Notes: a model not told the origin generated them from the sequence alone. Positions 23,396-34,100 are shown, numbered from the stretch's first letter. The stretch: DNA of 64,000 nucleotides from an uncultured Acidobacteriota bacterium (GCA_963796275.1 CAWCKY010000004.1:832001-896000); one strand, 5' to 3'. Translations and numbers: made by a program.

Positions 23396-24787
23396 ATGAG
23401 GAAAATGTCTGGCGAAGGTTATCCCCAATCTCCGGAGCCGACTGAGGCAGAGGTGCGGCAAGTAGTACAGCGGATTTTGAGCAGCAAGCATTTTTCCAAT
23501 GCCCCGACGAAACAAAGGTTTTTGCATTTAATTATCGAAGCATACATTGATGGGCGCGAAGACAAACTGAACGAATATATGATCGGATGCGAGGTGTACG
23601 CTCGCAACGAGACATATAACCCTGCACTCGATCCCATCGTACGCGTCGGAGCTCACGGTCTGCGGAAAAAACTTCAATCTTATTATAAAGATGATGGGAA
23701 AGAAGACGAGCTGATCCTGGAGATCCCAGTCGGAAGTTACATTCCTATTTTCACCACACGCGCTCGGCCTCCTGAATCAATTGAATCTACTCAAGATATT
23801 ATTCCGAAGGTTCCAGCAGTTGAATACGGTGAGAAAAAAGAGATATCTGAGAAATCCGTGAGTAAGTGGATTTCTCTGCTCAGTCTGCTAATAGCCTTTC
23901 TATTGATGACTGTTTTTGCATTAGCTTTTTCCCAGCGAAATTTATGTGGGCACTTCGGAGAGAGTGCTGTTCAGCACGAGAGCCTCAGCATAATAAAACC
24001 TGTCTGGGAAACATTTCTGAAGGATGAGAGTCCACCCATCATCGTCCTAACCAATCCTTCGGTCTTTCGTTTTTCAAATCCCGGCGATCCGGCTCAGCTT
24101 TCCCGATATTCTACGGGATTATCTCCCGCGGAAACCAGATCGATAAACGAGATATTCGGACCAGGGCGTTTCGAAACCGGTTATGGATCGACTCCCAGGC
24201 TCGTGCTCTCTTACGACGAGTATTCAAATTTCGGTGAGACAATCGGGCTCTATCAGATCACCCGGCTTTTCAACAAGATCGGCAAAAATGTCATACTCAA
24301 GCAAAGCCGAAGGCTGACGGTCGAAGATTTGAAAGATCATCATGCAATCCTGATCGGCAGCGGCTGGGTTAATGAATGGATGGGCAACACACCGATCAGA
24401 AAATCCTTCGACCGGGGACCAAGCGCGAGCATCATCAACCAAAACCTTTTTACCGAAGAAGATGGGACCATCACAAACAAATACAGAGCAAAATTTGATG
24501 AGGAGACCGGTCTGCTCATAGAGGATTATGCTGCAATCACAGTAAAACCAGGCATTTCAGAGCGAAAAACAATCATGGTTCTGGCCGGATCGCGTTATGA
24601 GGGAACCCAGGCGGCCGCCGAATATTTAACTGACGAACACCACCTCGCAGTCCTTAACCGGTTGCTGGTGCAGCCGGATGGCAATTTCCCCAAACATTTT
24701 CAGGTTTTGCTTAAAGTCCATGTCGATAATGGCGTCACAACTAATATCGAAACGGTAAAAGTTAGCAGCCTTGAAGATTCTAGGTGA
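23396..24787 (+). CDS. Membrane-anchored putative regulator: N-terminal wHTH-like domain, one TM helix, periplasmic domain
   Basis: VQRILSSKHF...EYMIGCEVYAR...DPIVRV...LRKKLQSYY...EIPVGSYIP (acidobacterial N-terminal domain); TM WISLLSLLIAFLLMTVFALAF. Start uncertain (23327/23396/23405). Confidence 0.75.
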   Translation: MRKMSGEGYPQSPEPTEAEVRQVVQRILSSKHFSNAPTKQRFLHLIIEAYIDGREDKLNEYMIGCEVYARNETYNPALDPIVRVGAHGLRKKLQSYYKDDGKEDELILEIPVGSYIPIFTTRARPPESIESTQDIIPKVPAVEYGEKKEISEKSVSKWISLLSLLIAFLLMTVFALAFSQRNLCGHFGESAVQHESLSIIKPVWETFLKDESPPIIVLTNPSVFRFSNPGDPAQLSRYSTGLSPAETRSINEIFGPGRFETGYGSTPRLVLSYDEYSNFGETIGLYQITRLFNKIGKNVILKQSRRLTVEDLKDHHAILIGSGWVNEWMGNTPIRKSFDRGPSASIINQNLFTEEDGTITNKYRAKFDEETGLLIEDYAAITVKPGISERKTIMVLAGSRYEGTQAAAEYLTDEHHLAVLNRLLVQPDGNFPKHFQVLLKVHVDNGVTTNIETVKVSSLEDSR

Positions 24788-25099
24788 AGTTGTGCAAGCA
24801 CTAAAATTGCTCCAGCATCTTGATTTATCATGCACCGGCGCATATCATTCCTGATCGAACAATCACTTGCACATAGTAAGCAGGGAGATACAAGATTGAA
24901 CGGATAAAGGCTAAGGCCATAAAGGATTGATGAGCTTGGCCAATCCTTTCGCACCCGTCAATATATGGACTCCCACTATCCCGATGGTTCCTTCATCGAG
25001 AAAACGAAATGATCGCAGTGCAACAGAAAACTGTTGTACAGACTCATCTCAAGCCTACTTGTTGATGAGAGCATTAATCGGACCGGACTGAGAAAGAGA

Positions 25100-25756
25100 A
25101 TGAGGCAAGCCAAGTTAGAATCCCTCCCAAGCGCTAAACTCTTTGATCTTTGTGCAACTCGTTTCGAAGATGCTCAATATTGGGAGGAGTTCGTCAGACG
25201 ATATAATCAAAGCCTGACGCGGTGCGTCTATCAAGCCTATCGGCAGTTTACGGGTGAGGATCTTCTGCTTTCTCCGTGGGCTGTGACCGACCTTTTACAG
25301 GAAATCTACCTCAAAATATTACAGGATAACTGCTCGTCGCTCCGGAGCTTCCGCGGAGATGCGGAAATCGAGGCCGAAGTCTATTTGATGCACATCGCCA
25401 CCAGCGTGACGATCGATCGTCTCCGCCGACAGCACAGTATGAAGCGATTCGTCCAGACGCGGTCGATCGAAGCCACTCACTATCTGCATGAAGAACGGAC
25501 TCGGCGAGAGACGGTGGTGAACTCATACACTGACGAGCTGGTCGAACACGAATTGATTAAGATATTGCGTAGCCGTTTCAGAGGTAAAAACAGGGAGCGC
25601 AACATCCTCATCTTCCTGCTCCATTTCCGGGATGGATTTACTGCGCAGGAGATAGCCAGCGCCCACGTCTTCGGACTGAGCCAACATACCATCGCTCATA
25701 TTCTGAATCGGATGAGGGAAGGGATTCGAGAAGTGATGTTTGCCGATATGACATAA
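25100..25756 (+). CDS. ECF-type sigma-70 factor
   Basis: Region 2 WEEFVRRY...DLLQEIYLKI...IATSVTIDRLRR; region 4 IFLLHFRDGFTAQEIA...ILNRMR. Confidence 0.85.
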   Translation: MRQAKLESLPSAKLFDLCATRFEDAQYWEEFVRRYNQSLTRCVYQAYRQFTGEDLLLSPWAVTDLLQEIYLKILQDNCSSLRSFRGDAEIEAEVYLMHIATSVTIDRLRRQHSMKRFVQTRSIEATHYLHEERTRRETVVNSYTDELVEHELIKILRSRFRGKNRERNILIFLLHFRDGFTAQEIASAHVFGLSQHTIAHILNRMREGIREVMFADMT

Positions 25757-25952
25757 AGTCCAAGGATTAAGCCACTTAGGAAACAGAAGGACAAAGTGGC
25801 AAAAAAGACAAAAAGGTGGATTCTTGCTTTTTGTCCTTTCCCGACTCTCGTTACCCACTCTTGGCAATTCACGATCATTGCTCTTCGCCCTGAAAAGGCG
25901 GTGGAGATTAGACGTAGTTACGCTACGCTTCACCCCCGGCTACATTCCACTG

Positions 25953-26120
25953 CGTCTCCGGCGCAAACCCAAACGTTTTGGTGGCTGACAAGCTCAAGAT
26001 CGGGAGGCTAGTGGTTGCGGCTCGCTCCAAGCCGCTCCGTCTGGCGCAAACCCAAACGTTTTGGGTACTGACAAGTTCAATATCGGGGACGTAGTGGCTG
26101 CGGGTCGCTCCACGCCGCTC
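25953..26120. repeat. Diverged direct tandem duplication (85 bp + 83 bp) that includes the 3' end of the M91 gene
   Basis: 25953-26037 versus 26038-26120; both read CGTCT..GGCGCAAACCCAAACGTTTTGG...CTGACAAG.TCAA.ATCGGG...TAGTGG.TGCGG.TCGCTCCA.GCCGCTC. Confidence 0.85.
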
Positions 26121-26907
26121 TCATTTTATTTTCGGTGAATTGTTTCTGATCATATGGCGGAAGTCCGATAGCCTGGCGTTCGTAGTTTCTGACCCCATCG
26201 CTGAATTCAGGATCCATCCTTCCATAGGCGGCATCATCGGCGTGGATCAACTCATGCGCGAGCCAGATTTCGGGGGGTTGTTTCTGCCAGGGTTCATTCG
26301 ATCCGATGCTCGACAAATCGGGATTGTATTTTATGGTTGTGTCCGAGCCCGCACCATTCCCACGTATGGCCCTTTCCATTCCCGATCCATCCCGCCACTT
26401 GAGCATCTTTCCCGGATCCACGGCGGCGCGGTAGTTGTCAGGCCGCGCATCGTTCGCGCGGGAGCCGGGAACGATGGTGACGATCCGGCCGCTCTGTGCA
26501 AGGCTCTGCAGGAGATGCTGACCGATCGGAATAGCGGCGATAGAATCGAGTTGCGATCTCACTTTCTCGACGAATTCTTCTGTGCCTTTGACGATGGTCC
26601 TATGCTGGTATTCGACCGACACCAGATTATCGGCCGGGATATCATCGAGCAGATCTGCGGTCAGAATTTTATCGAGAGCTCCTTTGTCTTCTTGCGGCGC
26701 ATAACCCAGACTCAATACCTCACGCAGGAGATGGCGGCTCTCGGCGGTGGTTCGACGGAGGTCTTCGAGAGAGACAGAAGAAATGATCTTTCGAGCGACT
26801 ATGTCGCGTTCACGCCACGATGCCGCATCGAACTGCCGGACGAGACATTGGCTGCAGAGGCAAGTTGATGGGTGATCCTGATTTGTAGATTCGAAGGGAC
26901 TTTTCAT
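26077..26907 (-). CDS. M91-family (NleD-like) zinc metallopeptidase with N-terminal His/Cys motif
   Basis: PIGQHLLQSL, GAGSDTTIKYNP, LAHELIHA (HExxH), ERQAIGL, TENKMR...RPRY C-terminus; N-terminal HPSTCLCSQC. Confidence 0.78.
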   Translation of the reverse strand: MKSPFESTNQDHPSTCLCSQCLVRQFDAASWRERDIVARKIISSVSLEDLRRTTAESRHLLREVLSLGYAPQEDKGALDKILTADLLDDIPADNLVSVEYQHRTIVKGTEEFVEKVRSQLDSIAAIPIGQHLLQSLAQSGRIVTIVPGSRANDARPDNYRAAVDPGKMLKWRDGSGMERAIRGNGAGSDTTIKYNPDLSSIGSNEPWQKQPPEIWLAHELIHADDAAYGRMDPEFSDGVRNYERQAIGLPPYDQKQFTENKMRAAWSDPQPLRPRY

Positions 26908-26984
26908 AAAGAGAGACTGAGATTAACCACGAATTCAGACAGATGCGCTGATCTTTTAAAACTCATGGTGACTTTGCGCCATAA

Positions 26985-29435
26985 CTATTCGTGTCTCAAA
27001 GTCACCATCGGATCCACTCGAAGTGCGCGCATGGCCGGAATCAGGCATGCCAGCAGAGCCACGCCAGACAATAAGAACGCGACCCCGATAAAAGTCACCG
27101 GGTCAGTCGGCTTTACTTCATACAATTGACCTGCAAGATATCGCGTCAACGCATATGACGCTGACAAGCCGATGCATACTCCGATAAACGTCATCACTAT
27201 CCCTTGCCGGATAACCAGCCTAAGCACATCGCCAAGCTGCGCGCCGAGCGCCAGACGAATGCCGATCTCGTGCTTGCGCTGCGTCACCGCATACGACATC
27301 ACCCCGTAAATCCCCATCATAGCCAAAAGAAGCGCGATGGCAGCGAAGATGGTGAGCAGTAGCGTATAGAAGCGCGGTTGGCCCACGGAAGACCAGAGCA
27401 CTTGCTCCATCGTCCTGACGTCAGCAATAGACAGTTCGGAATCCAATGAATGTATCGCGCGCTTCACCGCCACGTTGTAGCTCATCGGGTTACCGTTCGT
27501 TCGCACCAAAATGGCGGCAAAGCCGTAAGGCCAACGGTGATGCGGCCAATAGACTGTGGGCATCACCTCGCTTTCGATGTCGGAGATTTTGATATCGGCA
27601 GCCACACCGATTATTTCATCCGTCTTCTGTTCCAACCGGCTGATCCTGATCCGGCGCCCCAGTGGGTTCTCGTTCGGGAAGTAGCGCCGCGCCATCGTTT
27701 CATTGATGATAACTACGTTCGCGTCATCCTCTGTGATATCACGCTCTGTGAACTCTCTGCCCATCCGTAGCGGAATGCCCATCGTTCGCAGGAAATTACT
27801 GTTGACCGGGCGAATATGGGCCATCTGTTTGTTCATGTCGGCCGGGGAGTGGAGGCCTTCGATCATAAAGAATGTATAGACGCCCGTCCCGCTAAGGAGG
27901 AGGTGACTGATAGCACTGGCAGACTGCACGCCGGGCAACTCAGATATTCGTTTAATCGCCCCCTCAAAGAATGCGGTCCTCTTTTTCATATCGAGATATG
28001 CGGGTTCCGGTAATATGATGTGCATGGTCAATAAATTTTTGATATTGAACCCCGGATCGACCGCTTGCAGCCGCAGGAAACTCCTGATCATCAAGCCCGC
28101 GCCGATGAGCAGAACGAGCGCGAGCGCGAATTCCGCGACTACAAACAGCCCGCGCCAAGTGTTACTTCGCGCACCCGTCATCGCACTTCTTCCACCCTCT
28201 TTGAGCGCTTCGTTCAGATCGATCTTTGAAGTTTGCCAGGCGGGCACAAGACCGGAGATGACGGCGGCCAACAACGAGACGCAGACTGTGAACACCACCA
28301 CTCTTCCATCAAGGTCTATCTCCGACAGACGCGGAATGTTGGCAGGACCCAATGCCACGAGAAGCTTGACCATGTAAAACGCCAGTAATAGCCCGAGCGC
28401 GCCGCCCCATACCGCTAATAGAATATTCTCGATCAACAACAGACGAATGAGCCGCAGACGCCCTGAGCCCAGCGAAGCGCGGATGGCCATCTCCCTTTCT
28501 CTGGCGGCGCCTTGAGCCAAACGAAGATTGGCGACGTTAGCACAAGCGATCAGGAGAACGAAAAAGACCGCTCCGAGCAAAACCAGTAATTTCGGGCCGA
28601 TATTTCCGATCGCCTGTTTATCCAAAGGTACCACGTTCACCCCCCAACCGGCGTTGAAGGCGGGGTACTGCTGTTCCAGTTGTTTGGCGATAATGTTCAA
28701 TTCTTCACTCGCCTGCTGTAGCGTCACGCCTGCTTTGAGACGCGCCGGCACCCACAAGTATTGCCCCCATTTCGCTCGATAATCTTTGGCCGGATCCAGA
28801 CCCAGCGGTACCCATACATCCGCCGGTTGATTTTGAAAATTGAAGTTTGGCGGCAATACCCCGATCACCGTATGACCCACTCGATCGAGGCGGACCGTCT
28901 TACCCAGTATCGCAGGGTCGCCGCCGAAACGACGCTGCCAGAGGCCATAACTCAGCACTGCGACACGATCACCATGCGATGGCTCTCCTTCCTCCACTTT
29001 ATGCGGCGCATCTTCTTGCCGGGTGAAGGTGCGGCCGAGATATGCTTCGACTCCGAGCAAAGGAAAGAAATTGGCCGTTACTTTGTGGAATCGGACGTGC
29101 TCCGGCTCTCCGGTGCCGGAAATTGTTTTTTGATCCAACGTAAAGATTGCGGCGATCTCCTCGATAACGCGGCTGCTCTTCTGCCAATCGAGGAAATTGT
29201 TGGGCGCCACTCTGGCCCGGTCGCGCCCGCCACCGGGGTTATTCTCAAAGAGCATAACCAGCCGGTCGGGCTCTCGATATGGAAGAGGACGGAGCCGCAC
29301 GGTATTTACGACGCTGAAGATTGCGCTGGTTGCGCCGATTCCTAAAGCCAGGCTGAGCGTGGCCATCGCCGTGAGACCGTAATTTCTGCGTAGCATCCGC
29401 AGGCCGTGACGGATATCTTTCCAGAGAGTCCCCAT
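26985..29435 (-). CDS. ABC transporter permease, ADOP (duplicated MacB/FtsX) family
   Basis: LWKDIRHGLRMLRR, LALGIGA, LIACANVANL, REMAIRASLG, GIYGVMSY, EIGIRLALGA, RVDPMVTLRHE. Confidence 0.93.
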   Translation of the reverse strand: MGTLWKDIRHGLRMLRRNYGLTAMATLSLALGIGATSAIFSVVNTVRLRPLPYREPDRLVMLFENNPGGGRDRARVAPNNFLDWQKSSRVIEEIAAIFTLDQKTISGTGEPEHVRFHKVTANFFPLLGVEAYLGRTFTRQEDAPHKVEEGEPSHGDRVAVLSYGLWQRRFGGDPAILGKTVRLDRVGHTVIGVLPPNFNFQNQPADVWVPLGLDPAKDYRAKWGQYLWVPARLKAGVTLQQASEELNIIAKQLEQQYPAFNAGWGVNVVPLDKQAIGNIGPKLLVLLGAVFFVLLIACANVANLRLAQGAAREREMAIRASLGSGRLRLIRLLLIENILLAVWGGALGLLLAFYMVKLLVALGPANIPRLSEIDLDGRVVVFTVCVSLLAAVISGLVPAWQTSKIDLNEALKEGGRSAMTGARSNTWRGLFVVAEFALALVLLIGAGLMIRSFLRLQAVDPGFNIKNLLTMHIILPEPAYLDMKKRTAFFEGAIKRISELPGVQSASAISHLLLSGTGVYTFFMIEGLHSPADMNKQMAHIRPVNSNFLRTMGIPLRMGREFTERDITEDDANVVIINETMARRYFPNENPLGRRIRISRLEQKTDEIIGVAADIKISDIESEVMPTVYWPHHRWPYGFAAILVRTNGNPMSYNVAVKRAIHSLDSELSIADVRTMEQVLWSSVGQPRFYTLLLTIFAAIALLLAMMGIYGVMSYAVTQRKHEIGIRLALGAQLGDVLRLVIRQGIVMTFIGVCIGLSASYALTRYLAGQLYEVKPTDPVTFIGVAFLLSGVALLACLIPAMRALRVDPMVTLRHE

Positions 29436-29774
29436 TAATCGCCTTTCTTATTTTAATTTCGGCTTTTATCGGATAGAAAGAAAGGGAAATCGCAAAACGG
29501 GCAAAGTATATCGATATATGTAGGGTATTCACAACAAAAAATTTCGTGATTTCGTCTATCTCTCAAGTTCAGCCGTATCACCAAAGCTTCCCCCTATCCA
29601 TCTAAAAGCGATAAGCCCGGGTGAAAAATTCAACACAAAGACGCATTCAGCCGTTGCCGGCCGGGACGCGAGGTATAATTTTCCTCTTCATTTTGCGTTC
29701 TGCGTCTTTGTGTTGAGCAAATCATTCTTTCTGTCTCACTTAATTATGTCCTGAATAGACACAGATGAGACTAA

Positions 29775-30572
29775 TTACTTGAGACCCTCGAACCACTCAG
29801 CCACCCACTGCCAAAACGTCGGGGTTTCCCAAGTTGCCGAACCGAAGAGGCAACAATTGCACTCTGTTCGCCCTCCGGTCCCCGCCACAGGCAGCCCCAG
29901 GCTCTGGCCACCCGCCACGTACCACATCTGCTGGGGTTGTGCACCCACGATGTTGTAAAAGTATTTGCCGTGCTCACCCGTGATCGCCTCCGCCAGGTTA
30001 GTGACCGATACTTCATAATCGCTCCCACTCTGGAAGGTGAAATCCTCAGTCCCGTTGAAGAAACGCAACACGGCGTAGCCGTCTTCCGGAATCTCAACGT
30101 TGAGGCAAGCCTTGACTGCTATATCCGTCGGAGCGTGATCGCACACCTGGCCGGTATTTACATCGGCAAAGCGCACATTGGTGAATGGGTTAGTGGAATA
30201 AAGCTCTCCGTTCTTGAAGTAGATTCTGGCGCGGCATAACATCGGATCAACCTGCAACTCCTCATTCGGATGCAGATCCTTCTCGATATCTACCATCCTG
30301 TCGAATGGGCGGCGAGGATCGCTGGCCGACTGCGGCACATAGCGGCTGAGCGGCTTGCCTTCGGGAAATACCTCCAGACAGATGTCGCCGCTTACTTCGG
30401 CAAAAGTGTGATATTCACGCACGACGACGCCATCTTGTTTGATTATGATGTGCGGTTGGTGGACGTGTTCGGGAGCTTCACCGTCCGTTGATATCATGCC
30501 TACCATCAACCGCGAAGAATATCTGCTGAAAAATGCACAAAGATCTTCAAAACTGAATCGAATCGAATTCAT
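29775..30572 (-). CDS. Hypothetical 265-aa protein, beta-rich, with Cys- and Trp-rich C-terminus
   Basis: AGGAG Shine-Dalgarno upstream of ATG 30572; no family recognised. Confidence 0.75.
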   Translation of the reverse strand: MNSIRFSFEDLCAFFSRYSSRLMVGMISTDGEAPEHVHQPHIIIKQDGVVVREYHTFAEVSGDICLEVFPEGKPLSRYVPQSASDPRRPFDRMVDIEKDLHPNEELQVDPMLCRARIYFKNGELYSTNPFTNVRFADVNTGQVCDHAPTDIAVKACLNVEIPEDGYAVLRFFNGTEDFTFQSGSDYEVSVTNLAEAITGEHGKYFYNIVGAQPQQMWYVAGGQSLGLPVAGTGGRTECNCCLFGSATWETPTFWQWVAEWFEGLK

Positions 30573-31061
30573 GGTTTTCTCCTACAAATTAATTTTGGGC
30601 CAGGTTTAAGTGGCGGCCAGGTTTTGCAACTAGTGCCTCGCGGTCGGTAATCCACCACGGTTCGCACGACAGGAAAAATCCTGAGAAGGGGAAGTACCGA
30701 AGTTATTCCAACCTCGCTATTTCTCAATATTTATCAGTGTTCTCCGTGCTTCTTCCAACCCAAGGCTAGGATCAGAGCTGATCGAGTTGAGGCTTCACGA
30801 CCAGTATTAGGCGAGCAGACGATCTCTGCTCCTAATCTTCATACTGCCCATTTATACCGTCTAGGATGAAAAATCGGATTTTGCGAATTCGGCGGGCATG
30901 CTTTGAGCAAGACCTGATAGGTCTGTGAGTAAAGCATTCAAAACACAGGGTTAAATGAACAAATGGCTATAATGAAGTATCCGTTCTCGGTTCACTCTCC
31001 CAAGGTTATTATGCTCTGATTTAATACCAATCTGATTCTGTAAAAAAAATAATATTTCCCA

Positions 31062-31095
31062 AATAGGCAAATTTTTCTCTCTTTTGCGTCCTTAT
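31062..31095 (+). promoter_or_regulatory. Candidate ECF-sigma promoter or operator, copy 2
   Basis: AATAGGCAAATTTTTCTCTCTTTTGCGTCCTTAT, about 90 bp upstream of the probable CHAT-gene ATG (31184). Confidence 0.65.
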
Positions 31096-31183
31096 GTCTA
31101 TACAGGGATTTTTTTGGGACCGACTCAATTTTTCAAGACGAGAAACTGAGGGTATTGAGGCATTACCAATACGGGAAGAACGC

Positions 31184-34100
31184 ATGAGAGACGATGTCAA
31201 TGGAAAAAACGGAAATAAGGAGAAGGAGAGGGAAACACATCCTGACAGAAACTCCATGGTTGGTTATGTAAGTGGATCCTGTCCCACCAATTTAAGAACT
31301 GTCATTGAGGAACATTGCTTAGACTGTTTGGAATGCCGGACTCAATTGTCCATTCTTTTGCATCTGATCATTTCTGCGCCGGATGCGGAAGAGCATCGAA
31401 AGTTTACCGATCTATTGGCGCTCGGAGAAGAAGCTGCTGCCCGCGCTCGATCGATCATCATCAATGAGCAGAAGCATCCGCCCAGTCTTTCAGGGGGAAA
31501 GTCGTTCCGGCTCCGCCAACCCGCTCTAGCACCGGCGTTGGTCATCATTGTTCTGCTTTGCGGCAGCCTGTTCGGATATTTCATTTTCTCCCGCCAATCT
31601 TCAGAAGAACGCATGCTCACCCGCGTGCGTGATGTTTATCAGAACACTCGTTTGCTTCAAGCGCGTGTGACGGGTGGCTTTTCACATCAAAACTATATAG
31701 TGACCCGCGGCTCCGGCAATATCGCCGGAGTTGATGAAACCCAGCGTATAGCGCTTTTGGCAGAAATAAATCAGGAGGTTCACACCCGACCAAAGGCCGC
31801 TACCCGTCACATTCTTGGCAAACTATTAATGTTGCAGGGAGATTTGGAACCTGCCGAGCAACAATTTCATCTCGCATTGAAGGAAGCCCCGCGCCACGCT
31901 CAACTCAATGCCGATCTGGGCGCGCTCTACTATGAGCGCAGCTTGAAGAAAGAACACGAAGATCGTGAACTACTGGAAAAAGCCGCCGAGTATAGCTCGA
32001 AGGCAGTCGAGCTCGAACCGATGCTCTCTGAATCATGGTTCAATCGAGCGCTCTGTTATGAGCAGATGAATCTTACACATCAGGCGGAGAGCGACTGGGA
32101 GCAGTATCTCGCTCTCGATAGTAGTTCGGCATGGGCAGAAGAGGCTCGCGTACGTCTCGAGAAGCTACGAAACCGGAAAGCACAGATGGAGAAGCAGGAC
32201 CAGAGCATTCCGGAAGAATTCCTGGCGGCTGAGGCAGCCGGCAATGAACCAAAGATGCGCGAGTTTATAACCCGGCAATTCGTCGTCATCCAGAATCTGG
32301 CGATGAATCATATCTTCGATAAGTATCTATCCGCGGCCATTTCCGGAGAGAAGAACCAGGCCGATCAACACTTGCGTGCGCTCAAGCATATTGGACAGTT
32401 GATCAGCGATATCAAAAGGGATCGCTTCGTCAGCGATGCGGTCAATTTTGTGGCGCGCGGCAACTCCGCAGTGAAAAAGGACGTACAGGCAATCCGTCAG
32501 ACCCTCCAACAAGCCAGAGGGGAATACGCGCGCGGTAATATTAGCGCCGCATCGGGGCTATACGAGAAAGCCCATAACGCCGCTGAACTTATTGAAGATC
32601 ATTGTCATGCCGAAATGGCAGCTCTCGGCCTCGCCCGTCCTTACGGTTACGCGGACGAATCTGAGGGAATTGTCTCGCTCAGAAATCGGCTCGTAAGCGA
32701 CAGCGAACGGCGATTTCATCGGCAGATGCACGCCCAGGCGCTCCTTGCGCTGGCTAATGTCGAGGGGGCAGCACAGCAATTATCACTTAACCTTCAACAT
32801 AGCAATCAGTCTGCCGAAATCGCCAAGGAGTTAGGCGATGCCCAAACCGCAGTCAACAGTTTGAGGTTTGTCGCCTTCGCTTACGACAGCATCGGCGATT
32901 ACGATCTTGCATTAAAGAAGCGCTACGAAGCCATCTCGCTGATTCGCGATTTCCCGGCCAGTCACCACATAAATGCTGTGGTTTACGACGGGATGAGTGA
33001 CACGCTCTTCAAAATGGGCAGATATCCAGCGGCGCTGCATTACCAGCGTGAAGCCGTATGGTCGAGCGAGCAATCGGTCAATATACCGTTATCTGTTTAT
33101 ATGACCCAGAGACTCGGGTTGATTTACGGTATGCTGGAAAAGCATGAAATGGCGAGACAGCACCTCGATCAAGCAATTGCACGCGCCGAAACGGTCTCAG
33201 ATAAAATCGCACGTAAACAGCTGCAATTGGATCTTTATACAAACTATGGCGATTTCTACGTAAAACAAAACAGGCCTGGTGATGCAATCACGATTTACCA
33301 ACGCGCTATCGAAAATTTAGTAAAGTCGGGAAGTCGTTTTCACCTCTCGTCTATTCACCAGGGTCTTGCATCGGCATATCTGGCACTGGGGCAGAATGAG
33401 GAAGCCGAGAAACAGCTTCAAACAAGTATCGATTTAATCGAGCAGGCGCGCGGACAGATCGATGACGCGCGTAGCCGAGGCACCTTCCTCGCCAGCCAGC
33501 AGAACATCTATCGTGCGATGGTCACCTTTCAGTTCTTTAAGAAGAACGACCATGCGCGAGCATTCAATTACGCCGAGATCGCCAAGGCTCGCGATCTCCT
33601 CGATACATTGGCAGGTTCACCCGAAATAAATACAAACGACGGCCAGATCAGGTTGGCCGTCACCAGCAGCGCCACCCCTCTCACAATCGAACAGGTGCAG
33701 CGCGCGCTGCCGCTCAACACCCAACTGGTCCAGTATGTCATCGGCAAGGAAAACCTGATGATCTGGCTCGTCAAGCGCGACCGGTTGTTGACAGCAAACG
33801 CCAATGTGAGCGCGGATAAGTTGCGAGGCAAGGTCACGGCTTATCTCGATGAGCTGCGTAAGCGCGGCAATATCGAAGGTCTCAACAGCCAGGCGTCTGA
33901 GTTATATCAATGGCTGATCGCACCGATAAGCAAACACCTCGAACCGGATAGCGAGCTATGCATCGTGCCGGACGGGTTGTTGCAAAATCTGCCGTTCGCC
34001 TCGCTGGTCTCGCCTGAGACGAAACGCTATCTTGTCGAAGACTACTCGCTCGTCACCAATCCGAGTGCGAGCGTCTTCGCGCGGACTCTGGAATTATCCT

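Noticed and set aside
26077-26907. Type III secretion effector island
   Set aside because: No secretion-system genes are present in the window.
29775-30572. Bacterial gasdermin next to a CHAT protease
   Set aside because: The size is similar, but there is no N-terminal Cys motif or other gasdermin similarity I can recognise. A structure search is needed to exclude it fully.
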